DNA from: a virus
IMG/VR virus record: IMGVR_UViG_3300020576_007250
Length of the DNA: 43,998 bases
Direction: 5' to 3' (one strand)
Shown piece by piece: positions 1-9,116 of this stretch; within the stretch, counting starts at the first letter, position 1; every line of letters begins with the position of its first letter. The notes under the pieces were generated by a model. It was not told the origin of the DNA. It ran no database searches and worked only from the letters and a program-made list of their open reading frames with translations. A program made the translations under genes and the position numbers.

Positions 1-4
1 CTGG

Positions 5-331
5 GTGGGCCCTGTCCAAAGCCGGTGTGCACACTCTCCGTTTGATGTAGGCATCAACACTGCTTGGGCTGTACACACTCTCTTGACGACACAAACATCA
101 CTCTTGAACATCATGCGCCAGGTCCTTGAATGGGGTGGTGATACAGACAGCGTGGCGTCTATAGCTTGGGGAATTGCGTCCGCAAGATACCAAGACGAAG
201 TGCTTCCGGAATTCCTAGAGAGTGAACTCGAACAACATACTAATGGACAGTATGGTACGAAGTTTTTGAAGAATCTCGGTAAGGACCTGATGGATTCTTA
301 TGATGTCAAAAGGAATAGTGAACATGGCTAG
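5..331 (+). CDS. ADP-ribosylglycohydrolase-family protein, C-terminal fragment (5' end outside window)
   Basis: ORF open to window edge; GGDTDSVASIAWGIASA resembles the conserved GGDTD(T/S)xAAIAG metal-binding segment of DraG/ARH-type ADP-ribosylglycohydrolases. Confidence 0.45.
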   Translation: MGPVQSRCAHSPFDVGINTAWAVHTLLTTQTSLLNIMRQVLEWGGDTDSVASIAWGIASARYQDEVLPEFLESELEQHTNGQYGTKFLKNLGKDLMDSYDVKRNSEHG

Positions 332-836
332 TGACATAATTGAATCGATGTTTGTGATGAAATTTGATGACAAATTTCCGTCCATTTCAGTCGAAGGAAT
401 GAGAAAAATCATCAAAGATCATGAAGACGAACTTCCTGAGGAATGTTTTTTGACTGATCTCATGGCAGAACTAGAAGAAGTTGATGGTGATGATCGTTGT
501 TGTTCTGCTTGTGAAACTTACAATGATTATGATGCAAAGTACTGCAAGGATTGTGGTAGAAAATTTGATGCAGGTGATCACCTCGAAATTAAATTCTCTA
601 ATTTAGCATGGGTTGGTGGCAATTCTGTCGAAAGTTTCGACAGTATCTTTGTAAAGAAAGTCGTGCCTCTCATTAATGGTCGAATTGAAGTCGGAATGAA
701 TTACGGTGATGGCGAAGATGAATTTACGCCATGGAAGAGTTCCTACTTCACCATTGATGATGGAAAGATTGAATGGATTTCCTTGCACCACGACATGGGA
801 CAACCTCCGAAGTTTTCGATGGAAGAAGAATTTTAG
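300..836 (+). CDS. zinc-ribbon-containing hypothetical protein
   Basis: 178-aa ORF; alternative ATG at 324 overlaps upstream stop (TAG 329-331); CxxC-x17-CxxC ribbon (CCSACE...CKDCG); first gene of a 4-gene same-strand block. Confidence 0.5.
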   Translation: MMSKGIVNMASDIIESMFVMKFDDKFPSISVEGMRKIIKDHEDELPEECFLTDLMAELEEVDGDDRCCSACETYNDYDAKYCKDCGRKFDAGDHLEIKFSNLAWVGGNSVESFDSIFVKKVVPLINGRIEVGMNYGDGEDEFTPWKSSYFTIDDGKIEWISLHHDMGQPPKFSMEEEF

Positions 837-844
837 AGTGAGCC

Positions 845-1618
845 ATGTGCACTCTGATCATCTTGAACAATGTGATTGAAGGTTATCCGTTGGTGATTGC
901 CTCCAACCGTGATGAGCGATACGATCGAAAGTCAAAACCTCCTGAAGTCGTTGAACACAATGGAAAACGCTTCATCAGGCCGTGGGATGACAAAAAAGAC
1001 GGGACCTGGTTAGGAATCTCAGAAAGTGGTTGGTTTGTTGGTCTGACGAATCAAGATGATGCTCAGCATCACAATGACAAATTGTCACGAGGGAAGGTCG
1101 TCGTCAATTGTTTACATGCCGGAACGCATAATGCGGTTGCTCGCATATTGTCGAACGTCGATCCAGAGTATTACAATCCGTTCAATCTCGTCTTTGGCCG
1201 GCCGGGTTCTATGTTTCTTGCGCGTATCATGCAAGGCAAACCCGTTGAAATGGAAGAGATCCCAGAAGGAATTTCAGTCATCAGCAATGATTGTTGGGGT
1301 GACAAGTATGATGCCAAATTACTCCGCGCTGGTGCACTGTCTGCAGTCTACTTGTCTGAATCTCAGACGATTGACAATCTCGTCGATGGTCTTCACGAAG
1401 TCCTTAGTGATCACTCAACCGTTCAAAAAGATGATCCATTTCAGGCTTTATGCGTACATGCCCTAGAGCATCACTTTGGCACGCGGTCGACTTCAATTAT
1501 CGCCGTGTCCAATAGCAGTGAAGTAGAGTACTGGTATTCAGAGGGACCTGCTTGTTGCAGCTCTGCGGTGTTGACGTGTAGCCTCAAAAACAATGATGAA
1601 AAAGACCTCGCAGAGTGA
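845..1618 (+). CDS. NRDE/TANGO2-family protein
   Basis: Starts MC..., ASNRDE motif near N-terminus as in NRDE (TANGO2-like) family; 257 aa. Confidence 0.55.
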   Translation: MCTLIILNNVIEGYPLVIASNRDERYDRKSKPPEVVEHNGKRFIRPWDDKKDGTWLGISESGWFVGLTNQDDAQHHNDKLSRGKVVVNCLHAGTHNAVARILSNVDPEYYNPFNLVFGRPGSMFLARIMQGKPVEMEEIPEGISVISNDCWGDKYDAKLLRAGALSAVYLSESQTIDNLVDGLHEVLSDHSTVQKDDPFQALCVHALEHHFGTRSTSIIAVSNSSEVEYWYSEGPACCSSAVLTCSLKNNDEKDLAE

Positions 1619-2303
1619 CGTTTTAGAGACAACGATCTATGACAAACAGATCAAAGGTCATGGAAAAAATTTCAAATCACTGATCGCTGCTGGTTCTTGG
1701 ACTATCAGTGGATTTCATTATGGCAGGTCAAAGTGTGCTTGTTGCGGTCGGCCCATCCGCCGCATTTTGCAACTAAAGAATGAATCGCATCATTCTACGA
1801 GTGCATACTCAGAGACAATTGAGATTGGCGTTGTCTGTGGTCCCAAAGTTTTTATTGAGTCATGCGTAGGATTTTATTCTGATCCCGAAAAAGAGTGGGA
1901 ACGCCAGCATCAAGTCTGGAAGGACTACATCAATTACGTGATTCTCTGTGTTAAGCATGAAAAATTGTGGAAGATGGTGCCTGAAGGTCTTCGGACCAAG
2001 GTCGATGAATTCTTGCAGGACGGTTACAAGGCACAGAAACATAGTGGTGGGTGGTGGATGGTGAGAGATGCTAAGAAGCACTTTCTGAAACTTCAAAGAA
2101 ATCCAGATGTGTTGCCGTCGCCGCTCGCGATGGCCTCATCCAGCAGAATGTTGTTGACTGCGATGAAGAGGCAAAAATTGATTCCTGAGAGTTACGACAT
2201 GATAGCGCAATGGAGCACTGATCAAACGAGTTTGAATCGAACAATTGAATTACAGTTGTTTGATTGCCCTCAACATCCCAGCTACAGTGTAGTCAAAGCA
2301 TGA
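1593..2303 (+). CDS. hypothetical protein, Cys-containing
   Basis: 236-aa ORF overlapping upstream gene end by 26 nt and downstream start by ATGA; CxCCGRP and several Cys/His. Confidence 0.45.
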   Translation: MMKKTSQSDVLETTIYDKQIKGHGKNFKSLIAAGSWTISGFHYGRSKCACCGRPIRRILQLKNESHHSTSAYSETIEIGVVCGPKVFIESCVGFYSDPEKEWERQHQVWKDYINYVILCVKHEKLWKMVPEGLRTKVDEFLQDGYKAQKHSGGWWMVRDAKKHFLKLQRNPDVLPSPLAMASSSRMLLTAMKRQKLIPESYDMIAQWSTDQTSLNRTIELQLFDCPQHPSYSVVKA

Positions 2304-3691
2304 GTACATGGGAAAATTTCAAAAGAGAGTTAGGCATACCTGATGATGATTGGGGTAACGAGGATGTTCCAATGAGTCGTAGAACAGCAAAGATGACTGA
2401 AGATGATCCGAGCCTTATGCTCGATACCAAAGCCAATGTCATTGACGAAGTCAAAAGGTATCTCAACGTCGACAAATTCAAGCGTGCGGTCGTGTTAGGT
2501 TCTGAGATGTTTGAGGCCGCGAGTCCCTTCATTGAAAAGCCAACGTGGTGGAACGCTGGAAAATCTCTGGTGGCGATCGGACTGAATCTCATCAATGACG
2601 TTGAGCGTTACGCAGAAGATTATTTTGCCGGTGAAGAGTGGGTCGAGCCTTACAGTGCTGACTTCAATCACACCTTGTTGAAGGTGCTTCAGAAGTTTCC
2701 ATACGAACGTATCCAGACACCGGACGAAAATGTCTTCGTGAGGGTTTGCAGGCTGCCCAACGGTTGTAAAGTCGGTTGGACTTACGCCAGCAAGATGCGA
2801 ACTGTCGATCACATTTATGTTGAGCAGTCACGATTCAATGACGCTCGAGAGTACATCAAAAAGTTGCTATGGGAGCAATACAAAGAAAACTCCTTGGTGA
2901 TGCGAAAGAACAATCGCACAGGCATGTATGATGACAGTCGGGTGTGCTTTGAGATTGATGATGCATTTGAATCCAAGCTCTCAAAGAGAGCGCAAGAGCT
3001 GTCTGTCAGTCTACAAAGGCCTCTAAACGAAGGTGTTGGTCGTTCTATCATGTTCTACGGCCCGCCAGGCACGGGCAAATCGACCCTTGCGAGGACTGTC
3101 GTAGAGCTCATGAATCTCAGGTCGTTCCGGATCCGCATCGCTGATCTTGGTGGTCTGGATAACGCAACGCTCTTTGAGGCCATCAACATCTTTGAACCTG
3201 ATGCAGTGATTTTGGACGATTTTGATCGCGCAAATTCGCAAGCATCTCTCCTGGAAACTCTAGAATTCTTCCAGCAACGTGTCAAACTTGTTGTCTGCAC
3301 TGTCAACAACATGAAAAAGCTCGATAAGGCTTTGTTGAGGCCGGGCCGCATTGACATGATTGAACTCGTCTCAAAGATGGACAGTGAAGTCGTCAAGTAC
3401 GTACTTGGCAATTATGTCGATGGCTATGAAATTGTCAAAGATTGGCCTATCGCCTACATCAATGAGTACGTCGAGCGTCGGAAATATATGACTGTCGAAG
3501 AGGCTGCAGAGTCTGTCAAGGAACTTACTCTTCGTGTCAGAAGCGTTGAACGTTATGATGATTCAGAGCACAATGATTTGAAAAACATGTTGCGATTGAT
3601 GCAACAACAAGATCCTAAGGCTGCAATTGCAGAAGATGACATCGATGACGCAGGCTATGAGGTCTGTGCCGATGACGATGACTACGGGTAA
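2300..3691 (+). CDS. AAA+ ATPase (classical AAA clade) with uncharacterised N-domain and acidic C-tail
   Basis: Walker A GPPGTGKST, Walker B VILDDFD, second region of homology LLRPGRID; ATG 2300 overlaps upstream TGA 2301-2303 (ATGA coupling); C-terminal DDIDDAGYEVCADDDDYG. Confidence 0.8.
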   Translation: MSTWENFKRELGIPDDDWGNEDVPMSRRTAKMTEDDPSLMLDTKANVIDEVKRYLNVDKFKRAVVLGSEMFEAASPFIEKPTWWNAGKSLVAIGLNLINDVERYAEDYFAGEEWVEPYSADFNHTLLKVLQKFPYERIQTPDENVFVRVCRLPNGCKVGWTYASKMRTVDHIYVEQSRFNDAREYIKKLLWEQYKENSLVMRKNNRTGMYDDSRVCFEIDDAFESKLSKRAQELSVSLQRPLNEGVGRSIMFYGPPGTGKSTLARTVVELMNLRSFRIRIADLGGLDNATLFEAINIFEPDAVILDDFDRANSQASLLETLEFFQQRVKLVVCTVNNMKKLDKALLRPGRIDMIELVSKMDSEVVKYVLGNYVDGYEIVKDWPIAYINEYVERRKYMTVEEAAESVKELTLRVRSVERYDDSEHNDLKNMLRLMQQQDPKAAIAEDDIDDAGYEVCADDDDYG

Positions 3692-3988
3692 TAACAATGA
3701 GGATGATTCTGTTTTAAATCCATACGATCGAGCACACATTAGAAAAGAGAAAATTGACAGATGCGAAAGAATCAATCGAAAGATGATATCTCTTGGTGCT
3801 CGACCTCTCAAGATAAAACCTTGAATTGATTTAGATCGTCAATGAAATCAACTTTGGGCAGTGTACTTAATGTTAAGATGCAGTCATGGATCCAACACTA
3901 CACAGAACAACACAAGACCTAAAGAAACTGCAACTTAAACGTTTGATTTTCACGCCGACGATGATCGGCGTGATGTCATTTAGGCTCG

Positions 3989-4297
3989 ATGACAATGGCT
4001 AACTCGACACTCAGCCTAGATATGTCTATGTCCACTCGCAACGCTGCAAACTTGCCCCATCGTCTGGAGAAGAGTACCGACTTTCAACTCCACGTCGGCC
4101 GCGGTGCTGAAAAAAATATCATCGATTTCACTGAACAAAAACTGTTACGCTATGCGGTGAAAGCTAGCGACCCACAACAGAAGTTGACATTGATGGTAAT
4201 GGTTGATGACTATCGAAATGGACACATTGCTGTTGCCTGGAAGTGCGGGAAGCCTGTGTATTTGAAAGTAACGAAAGATACTACTGGCAACGCCTGA
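3989..4297 (+). CDS. hypothetical protein
   Basis: 102-aa ORF upstream of chaperonin gene; no recognisable motif. Confidence 0.35.
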   Translation: MTMANSTLSLDMSMSTRNAANLPHRLEKSTDFQLHVGRGAEKNIIDFTEQKLLRYAVKASDPQQKLTLMVMVDDYRNGHIAVAWKCGKPVYLKVTKDTTGNA

Positions 4298-4329
4298 ACA
4301 GATCCTCATTCAGTGTGTATGATGTGCAC

Positions 4330-5985
4330 ATGAACGGATTTCAGAACCCAGGCACCATTACACAGATTCAATTTTCCGGGCAAGCCCGTAAGCGGCTTTT
4401 CAACGGCATCAAATTAGCTGCAGACGCAGTTGGGTGTACACTAGGCCCGAGAGGCAAGACCGTCCTCATCCAGCGCCAAGGTCAGATGCCGACGGCGACA
4501 AAAGATGGTGTCAGCGTCAGCAAGGCGATCAAACTGAAGGATCCGATCGAACGGATGGGTGCGGATCTAATTCGTGAAGCCGCTAGCCAGACCAACGAAG
4601 TGGCTGGTGATGGTACGACGACGGCGACTGTGTTGACAGCTGCGCTAGTCGAAGCAGGCATGAAATTGGTGGAAGCTGGGTACGATGCTGTCCGAGTTTG
4701 TAAAGGCATCGAAAAAGGAGCAGCTGACGTCGATAAGATGTTGCTTGAGGGTGCTAAAAAGGTAGTGACCTCGGAAGAGATTGCTCAGGTTGGTACCATC
4801 AGTGCCAACGGTGATAAAGAAATTGGTTCGCTGATCGCCAATGCCATGGAAAAAGTGGGTAGGGATGGCATTATCACTGTTGAAGACGCCAAAGGAATGT
4901 CTACCACACTCGACATCGTCGAAGGCATGCAGTTTGAACGAGGTTACTTGAGCCCATACTTTGTCACCGATGCTGAACGCATGCGGGCAAATTACGAGAA
5001 CGCTCTAATCTTGGTCACTGACAGAAAGTTGTCAAATCTCAAGGACCTAATTCCGTTGCTTGAACAGGTCAATCGCGCACAAAAAGCTCTATTGATTATT
5101 GCGGAAGACGTGGACGGCGATGCAATGACCGGTCTCGTCATCAATCGAGTGAAGGGTTCTTTGCCAGTGGTGGCGATCAAGGCTCCTGGGTATGGTAGTC
5201 ATCGTACCGAACTGTTGAACGACATCTGCGTTCTTACCGGAGCGACTCTGATCTCTGCTGCAACAGGCGTCTCGATCGAGAAGGTCACACTTTCTCAGTT
5301 GGGTCAGTGCAAGAAATTTGTCACCGACGCGAAGACCACGACCATCGTAGGTCCAGGCACTTCGAAGGAAGCTGTGGAAAAGCATGCGGCAGAACTGCGC
5401 ACTCAATTGGAGGATGTCACTCTCTCCGAAGAAGAGAAGACAAAATTGAAGACTCGTGTTGCTAAGTTAGCCTCTGGTATTGCTATCATCCGTGTTGGTG
5501 GCGCAACAGAGATTGAAATGACAGAGCGAAAGTATAGAATTGAGGATGCTCTGAATGCAACTCGAGCGGCTGCCGAAGAAGGCATCGTTCCAGGAGGAGG
5601 TTCCACTTTGTTGATGTGTGGAGCTGCATTGAAGTCAACTAGTCTTGATCGTGGTTTCGCTGCAGGAGTTGATGTTGTTGCCGAAGCATGTCGAGCGCCA
5701 TTTCGAAAGATCATCTCCAACACAGGCGAGAGTCCTGACTCTGTCATCAAAGAACTTGAGTATCGAAACGCTGCTCCGGCTGCATCGTCTGAAAATCCTG
5801 TTGGTTACAATGCCGCAACTGGTAAATTTGAGAACCTCGTCGCCGCTGGCGTCATTGACCCGGTCAAGGTGACACGATCTGCTTTGAAAAATGCAGTCAG
5901 TGTTGCAGTGACATTCTTGACGCTCGAGGCGGTCATTTATGAAGAGGCGCCTAAGAATGCTTCAAACACCGGCGATGAAGATTGA
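4330..5985 (+). CDS. groEL: chaperonin GroEL/Cpn60 homolog (divergent)
   Basis: TLGPRGKTVLIQ, AGDGTTTATVL, EDVDGDAMTGLVIN, VAIKAPGYG, AAEEGIVPGGG, DPVKVTRSAL all match GroEL signature segments; roughly half of positions identical to E. coli GroEL by eye; start chosen at ATG 4330 to align with GroEL N-terminus (ORF opens at 4243); no GGM tail, acidic end. Confidence 0.9.
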   Translation: MNGFQNPGTITQIQFSGQARKRLFNGIKLAADAVGCTLGPRGKTVLIQRQGQMPTATKDGVSVSKAIKLKDPIERMGADLIREAASQTNEVAGDGTTTATVLTAALVEAGMKLVEAGYDAVRVCKGIEKGAADVDKMLLEGAKKVVTSEEIAQVGTISANGDKEIGSLIANAMEKVGRDGIITVEDAKGMSTTLDIVEGMQFERGYLSPYFVTDAERMRANYENALILVTDRKLSNLKDLIPLLEQVNRAQKALLIIAEDVDGDAMTGLVINRVKGSLPVVAIKAPGYGSHRTELLNDICVLTGATLISAATGVSIEKVTLSQLGQCKKFVTDAKTTTIVGPGTSKEAVEKHAAELRTQLEDVTLSEEEKTKLKTRVAKLASGIAIIRVGGATEIEMTERKYRIEDALNATRAAAEEGIVPGGGSTLLMCGAALKSTSLDRGFAAGVDVVAEACRAPFRKIISNTGESPDSVIKELEYRNAAPAASSENPVGYNAATGKFENLVAAGVIDPVKVTRSALKNAVSVAVTFLTLEAVIYEEAPKNASNTGDED

Positions 5986-6005
5986 TAACATCATAGTTAA
6001 CTGAC

Positions 6006-6134
6006 ATGGAAAAGCTCATCGATGTTATTTTCCCAATCCTAGTCATCATTGGCGTCGCACCTTTCATGTTGCTCGGTGCTAGTCTTGTGTTTTGGTTGGT
6101 TGATTGGCAAGACGAAAACAAGAAGCGCTGAACA
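6006..6134 (+). CDS. small single-TM membrane protein (42 aa)
   Basis: ATG ORF below track threshold; hydrophobic core IFPILVIIGVAPFMLLGASLVFWLV followed by charged tail. Confidence 0.25.
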
Positions 6135-6153
6135 TCGTTCATAGTTATGAGCT

Positions 6154-6375
6154 GTGAACCACGTACTTCACCCGGGTCAACTTGTCATCAAGCGAATTAG
6201 ATGGCAGGTTGATTCGACGTTAATTGGCCTCATCATTGGTCACGATGAGGCGACCTACCTAGATCGTAGGTGGTTGGTCTTATGGACTTCTGAAGATCAA
6301 CTAGCATGTTTCAAGTGGCACTTGTCAGATGCATTGTCAATTGTTGATGCATCAAAAAATCGACAGTTGAGGTGA
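6154..6375 (+). CDS. PGDxV-family small protein (predicted SH3/Tudor-like barrel)
   Basis: LHPGQLVIKRI ... LVLW; family motif shared with ~35 ORFs in window. Confidence 0.45.
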   Translation: MNHVLHPGQLVIKRIRWQVDSTLIGLIIGHDEATYLDRRWLVLWTSEDQLACFKWHLSDALSIVDASKNRQLR

Positions 6376-6385
6376 TCGTATTCAC

Positions 6386-6670
6386 ATGAATTTCTCTCCG
6401 GGACAATTCGTTGCAATTGCAGTGGGAGCACTAGTGAGACGTGTTGGCTCTCATGAGGAGCATTATGTTGAAAGGGTTGAATCGGGAATGATCATCAATG
6501 AATCATTCCTGTGCACTGACCCTGATTCAGACGATGACAAACCTATTCAGGTCAATTACGTCATATTGTTCAGTGTTGATCAACGGTGCTATCACGTTTC
6601 ATCAGATCACATCAGGCACCCGGACTATGTCTTAGACCCAAGCAGGCTGTTCCAGCGACTCAAGGGATGA
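6386..6670 (+). CDS. PGDxV-family small protein
   Basis: FSPGQFVAIAVG N-terminal motif. Confidence 0.4.
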   Translation: MNFSPGQFVAIAVGALVRRVGSHEEHYVERVESGMIINESFLCTDPDSDDDKPIQVNYVILFSVDQRCYHVSSDHIRHPDYVLDPSRLFQRLKG

Positions 6671-6681
6671 GGCAAGAATAT

Positions 6682-6966
6682 TCATAGGCTGTCAGAGGCA
6701 TGATTCCCAGTCACTGACTTGACAATATTCCAATTACGGCAGACAACGTGCGGCAGTGATGAAAAAGTCATTATGCGATTGTCACGAATGACAAATAATC
6801 GTATTTGATTGCCCACCATTGTAGTTGAAATAACGAATACCTGTTCGCCGACAAGTATCCAATCGCCGATTTTACCACGGACGAACTGAGATTCCCATGC
6901 ACGCATGCAATTCAATGCGATGAGCATATCACCGGGTTCAGGTAGATTAACAGTCGTTGATGACAC
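6682..6966 (-). CDS. PGDxV-family small protein
   Basis: PEPGDMLIAL ... WILVGEQVFVI. Confidence 0.4.
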   Translation of the reverse strand: MSSTTVNLPEPGDMLIALNCMRAWESQFVRGKIGDWILVGEQVFVISTTMVGNQIRLFVIRDNRIMTFSSLPHVVCRNWNIVKSVTGNHASDSL

Positions 6967-7159
6967 GGCAAATACTTCCCAATTCGTGCTTTTCTTTTTC
7001 GAAATTTATGATTCGATTATCATGAAGCAGTTGTAATCTGATCACTGTCCAAGTGCCAGAATAACTTTGTTCGCGAACAGAGATCACAAGGTATATCTGT
7101 GATGTTCTTTCGTGTTGAAGCCACACTATGTCTCCTGGATGGGCCGGAAGATTCATCAT
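6947..7159 (-). CDS. PGDxV-family small protein
   Basis: HPGDIVWLQHE ... IYLVISV; ATGA coupling with upstream gene at 7156-7159. Confidence 0.4.
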   Translation of the reverse strand: MMNLPAHPGDIVWLQHERTSQIYLVISVREQSYSGTWTVIRLQLLHDNRIINFEKEKHELGSICRVINDC

Positions 7160-7365
7160 CCGTGTCTTTCATTGATACGGGACCAAAAATCACCCTCAGG
7201 ATCATTGTCTGGCATCATGATGATGGTGAATTGAGGTGTCATGACTCGAGCGCTATTGCCAGAAAAGCCCGGGCCCGAAATACCAGAAGCGATGACCAGA
7301 CACAGGCCACGTTCGCCGTACACAAGGCCGTGAAATACGATGATATCGCCCGGAAGTAAGGTCAC
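7156..7365 (-). CDS. PGDxV-family small protein
   Basis: MTLLPGDIIVFHG ... LCLVIASG. Confidence 0.4.
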   Translation of the reverse strand: MTLLPGDIIVFHGLVYGERGLCLVIASGISGPGFSGNSARVMTPQFTIIMMPDNDPEGDFWSRINERHG

Positions 7366-7919
7366 TTGATGCGGAATGACGTCAGCAAATCACGACATTT
7401 TTGAGACACATCGTGAATTTCAAGTTGAATGTCACCCCCACACATCATGATGTAACCTGTGTCATCATCTTCAACTGCGGCAATTGCGACCCCAAAACCA
7501 ATCGACGGCACTTTAAGCGTTGTTAACGACCCAACACGATCAGAAATTTTGACCTCGCCCATCTGCTCAATTTTACTGTTCTTGATGAAGTCACGAGCAA
7601 CATAACCAGCGATTGAGGCAAATTGTCCTTTCTTGTCCTCGTCACGCCAAGGAATGGTCAATAACTTGAAACGAATCAGGTCGCGACCGACTTTCAGATC
7701 GCTCTCGGCATGAAAGACAGTTCTCAACTCTGAAGAGTCACTATCTACAGGGGTCGACATCTTCCATTTTGCGGGAACTGTGATTGACCATTTTTGATGT
7801 GAAACAGCGGTGGTATGCGAAGAATGAATGACAATCTCTGATTTCGGAGTTTCTACGAGAGGACCGAATTCAGCGCAACCGATCAATGCCGTCAAGGCTA
7901 GCGCAGCAATCTTTTTCAT
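7362..7919 (-). CDS. lipoprotein (lipobox signal peptide)
   Basis: MKKIAALALTALIGC: classical signal peptide with LIGC lipobox; ATGA coupling with downstream gene; upstream GTAGAGTCAATG resembles conserved upstream element of the 35-44 kb region. Confidence 0.55.
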   Translation of the reverse strand: MKKIAALALTALIGCAEFGPLVETPKSEIVIHSSHTTAVSHQKWSITVPAKWKMSTPVDSDSSELRTVFHAESDLKVGRDLIRFKLLTIPWRDEDKKGQFASIAGYVARDFIKNSKIEQMGEVKISDRVGSLTTLKVPSIGFGVAIAAVEDDDTGYIMMCGGDIQLEIHDVSQKCRDLLTSFRIK

Positions 7920-7928
7920 GCATTGACT

Positions 7929-8198
7929 CTACACCGCTAAACGTTCAATGAACCACACGTCATCCAGGCCCGTCCAATCGATCCATGAATCGTACCAATT
8001 GGTGTTTTTAGTTTGTTTAGTGATGACAAGACCGCAGACGTGTTGACCAGTTCCTTCACGTGTTTGTGATTGATGAGAAGATGCGACTACAAATAGTTTT
8101 CGGTGAGTGATAGCAAATGTAATGATGTCGCCTGGACGAATCGGCAATCGTTTTGAAGCTAAGGCGTCTGAACACTTGATGGCGGTACTGTACTGCAT
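7929..8198 (-). CDS. PGDxV-family small protein
   Basis: IRPGDIITFAITH ... LFVVASS. Confidence 0.4.
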   Translation of the reverse strand: MQYSTAIKCSDALASKRLPIRPGDIITFAITHRKLFVVASSHQSQTREGTGQHVCGLVITKQTKNTNWYDSWIDWTGLDDVWFIERLAV

Positions 8199-8239
8199 CT
8201 GAAGTCTAACTGTAATCTACGCATGTATTTCACGAAGCA

Positions 8240-8659
8240 GTGTGTTACAATCATTTCATGGAGCTTACGATAGCAGGCAGTCCTGACCTTCACGTAGAAG
8301 GAACTGTCACCATTGAATTGCCCGAATACATGACACTATTGGCTCCCGACGAACTCAAAGAAGTACAGAATCATCCCACGAATAATGATCTGGTGTTGGC
8401 TGCTGGAGTACATGCATCTGGTGACATAGTTTTTCTAACAGTCACTGGAGAGCTGAGAGAGTCTAACCTAGAAGGTCTTCCTGCTCCTATTGTGAAGGCA
8501 TGGCCCATTGATCACGGTAAGACAATTGTCATTGAACTTCAAGACAAAGAATTATATGAAATTCCACATTTTGTCGCGATTAGAAATTCCCGCTCACTCA
8601 TGAACTTTGGCGTCATGGCGAAACAAGAAGGCACACGAATCTCCTACATAGATAAGTGA
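8240..8659 (+). CDS. hypothetical protein
   Basis: 139-aa ORF; possible start MELTIAG at 8258. Confidence 0.45.
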   Translation: MCYNHFMELTIAGSPDLHVEGTVTIELPEYMTLLAPDELKEVQNHPTNNDLVLAAGVHASGDIVFLTVTGELRESNLEGLPAPIVKAWPIDHGKTIVIELQDKELYEIPHFVAIRNSRSLMNFGVMAKQEGTRISYIDK

Positions 8660-8904
8660 AGCTGACGATTGGACAACTACGAAGATTGATTCGTGAATTT
8701 GGGGTCGACGATACAATGCGCCACGAAGCCGGTTTCTTTATGGACGGTGGAGCACATTCGTCGATGCGTGACAAGGAAGCATCAGTAATCAACCAGCCGC
8801 CGGGACTTGGCGGACCTGAGGACGAAGAAGACAAAGATGAGCAAGAAAAACCGTCACAATGGACAGCAAGAGTACGTCGAAGAGGAACGCTCGGATCGAC
8901 TTGA
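8656..8904 (+). CDS. hypothetical small protein (N-terminal helix + Pro/acidic tail), GTG start
   Basis: GTG 8656 overlaps upstream TGA (GTGA); N-terminus MKLTIGQLRRLIRE paralogous to 13217..13498 (MKIRLGRLKRIIKE); 3' half overlaps IF-1 gene so true end uncertain. Confidence 0.3.
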   Translation: MKLTIGQLRRLIREFGVDDTMRHEAGFFMDGGAHSSMRDKEASVINQPPGLGGPEDEEDKDEQEKPSQWTARVRRRGTLGST

Positions 8905-9097
8905 ACTGGACGGGGTCGTGGAAGAATGTTTGCCCGGCACTTACTTCAAGGTAAGGTGTCCTGCGGGTAATGAAGTTTTGTGCACACTGAGTGGTAAACT
9001 TCGAATGAATAGGATCCGACTTCTTCCCGGCGATCGCGTTCGATGTGAAGTTAGTCCTTATGATGTTTCACGAGGAAGAATCACATGGAGAGTTTAA
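8837..9097 (+). CDS. infA: translation initiation factor IF-1 homolog (S1-like OB fold) with short basic N-extension
   Basis: LELDGVVEECLPGTYFKVRCPAGNEVLCTLSGKLRMNRIRLLPGDRVRCEVSPYDVSRGRITWR aligns along full length with bacterial IF-1 (GxVxExLPNxxFRVxLENGHxVxAHISGKMRKNxIRILxGDxVxVExxPYDLxKGRIxxR); start set at ATG 8837 (ORF opens at TTG 8807). Confidence 0.7.
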   Translation: MSKKNRHNGQQEYVEEERSDRLELDGVVEECLPGTYFKVRCPAGNEVLCTLSGKLRMNRIRLLPGDRVRCEVSPYDVSRGRITWRV

Positions 9098-9116
9098 TCT
9101 CATCTGGTGACTAAAC

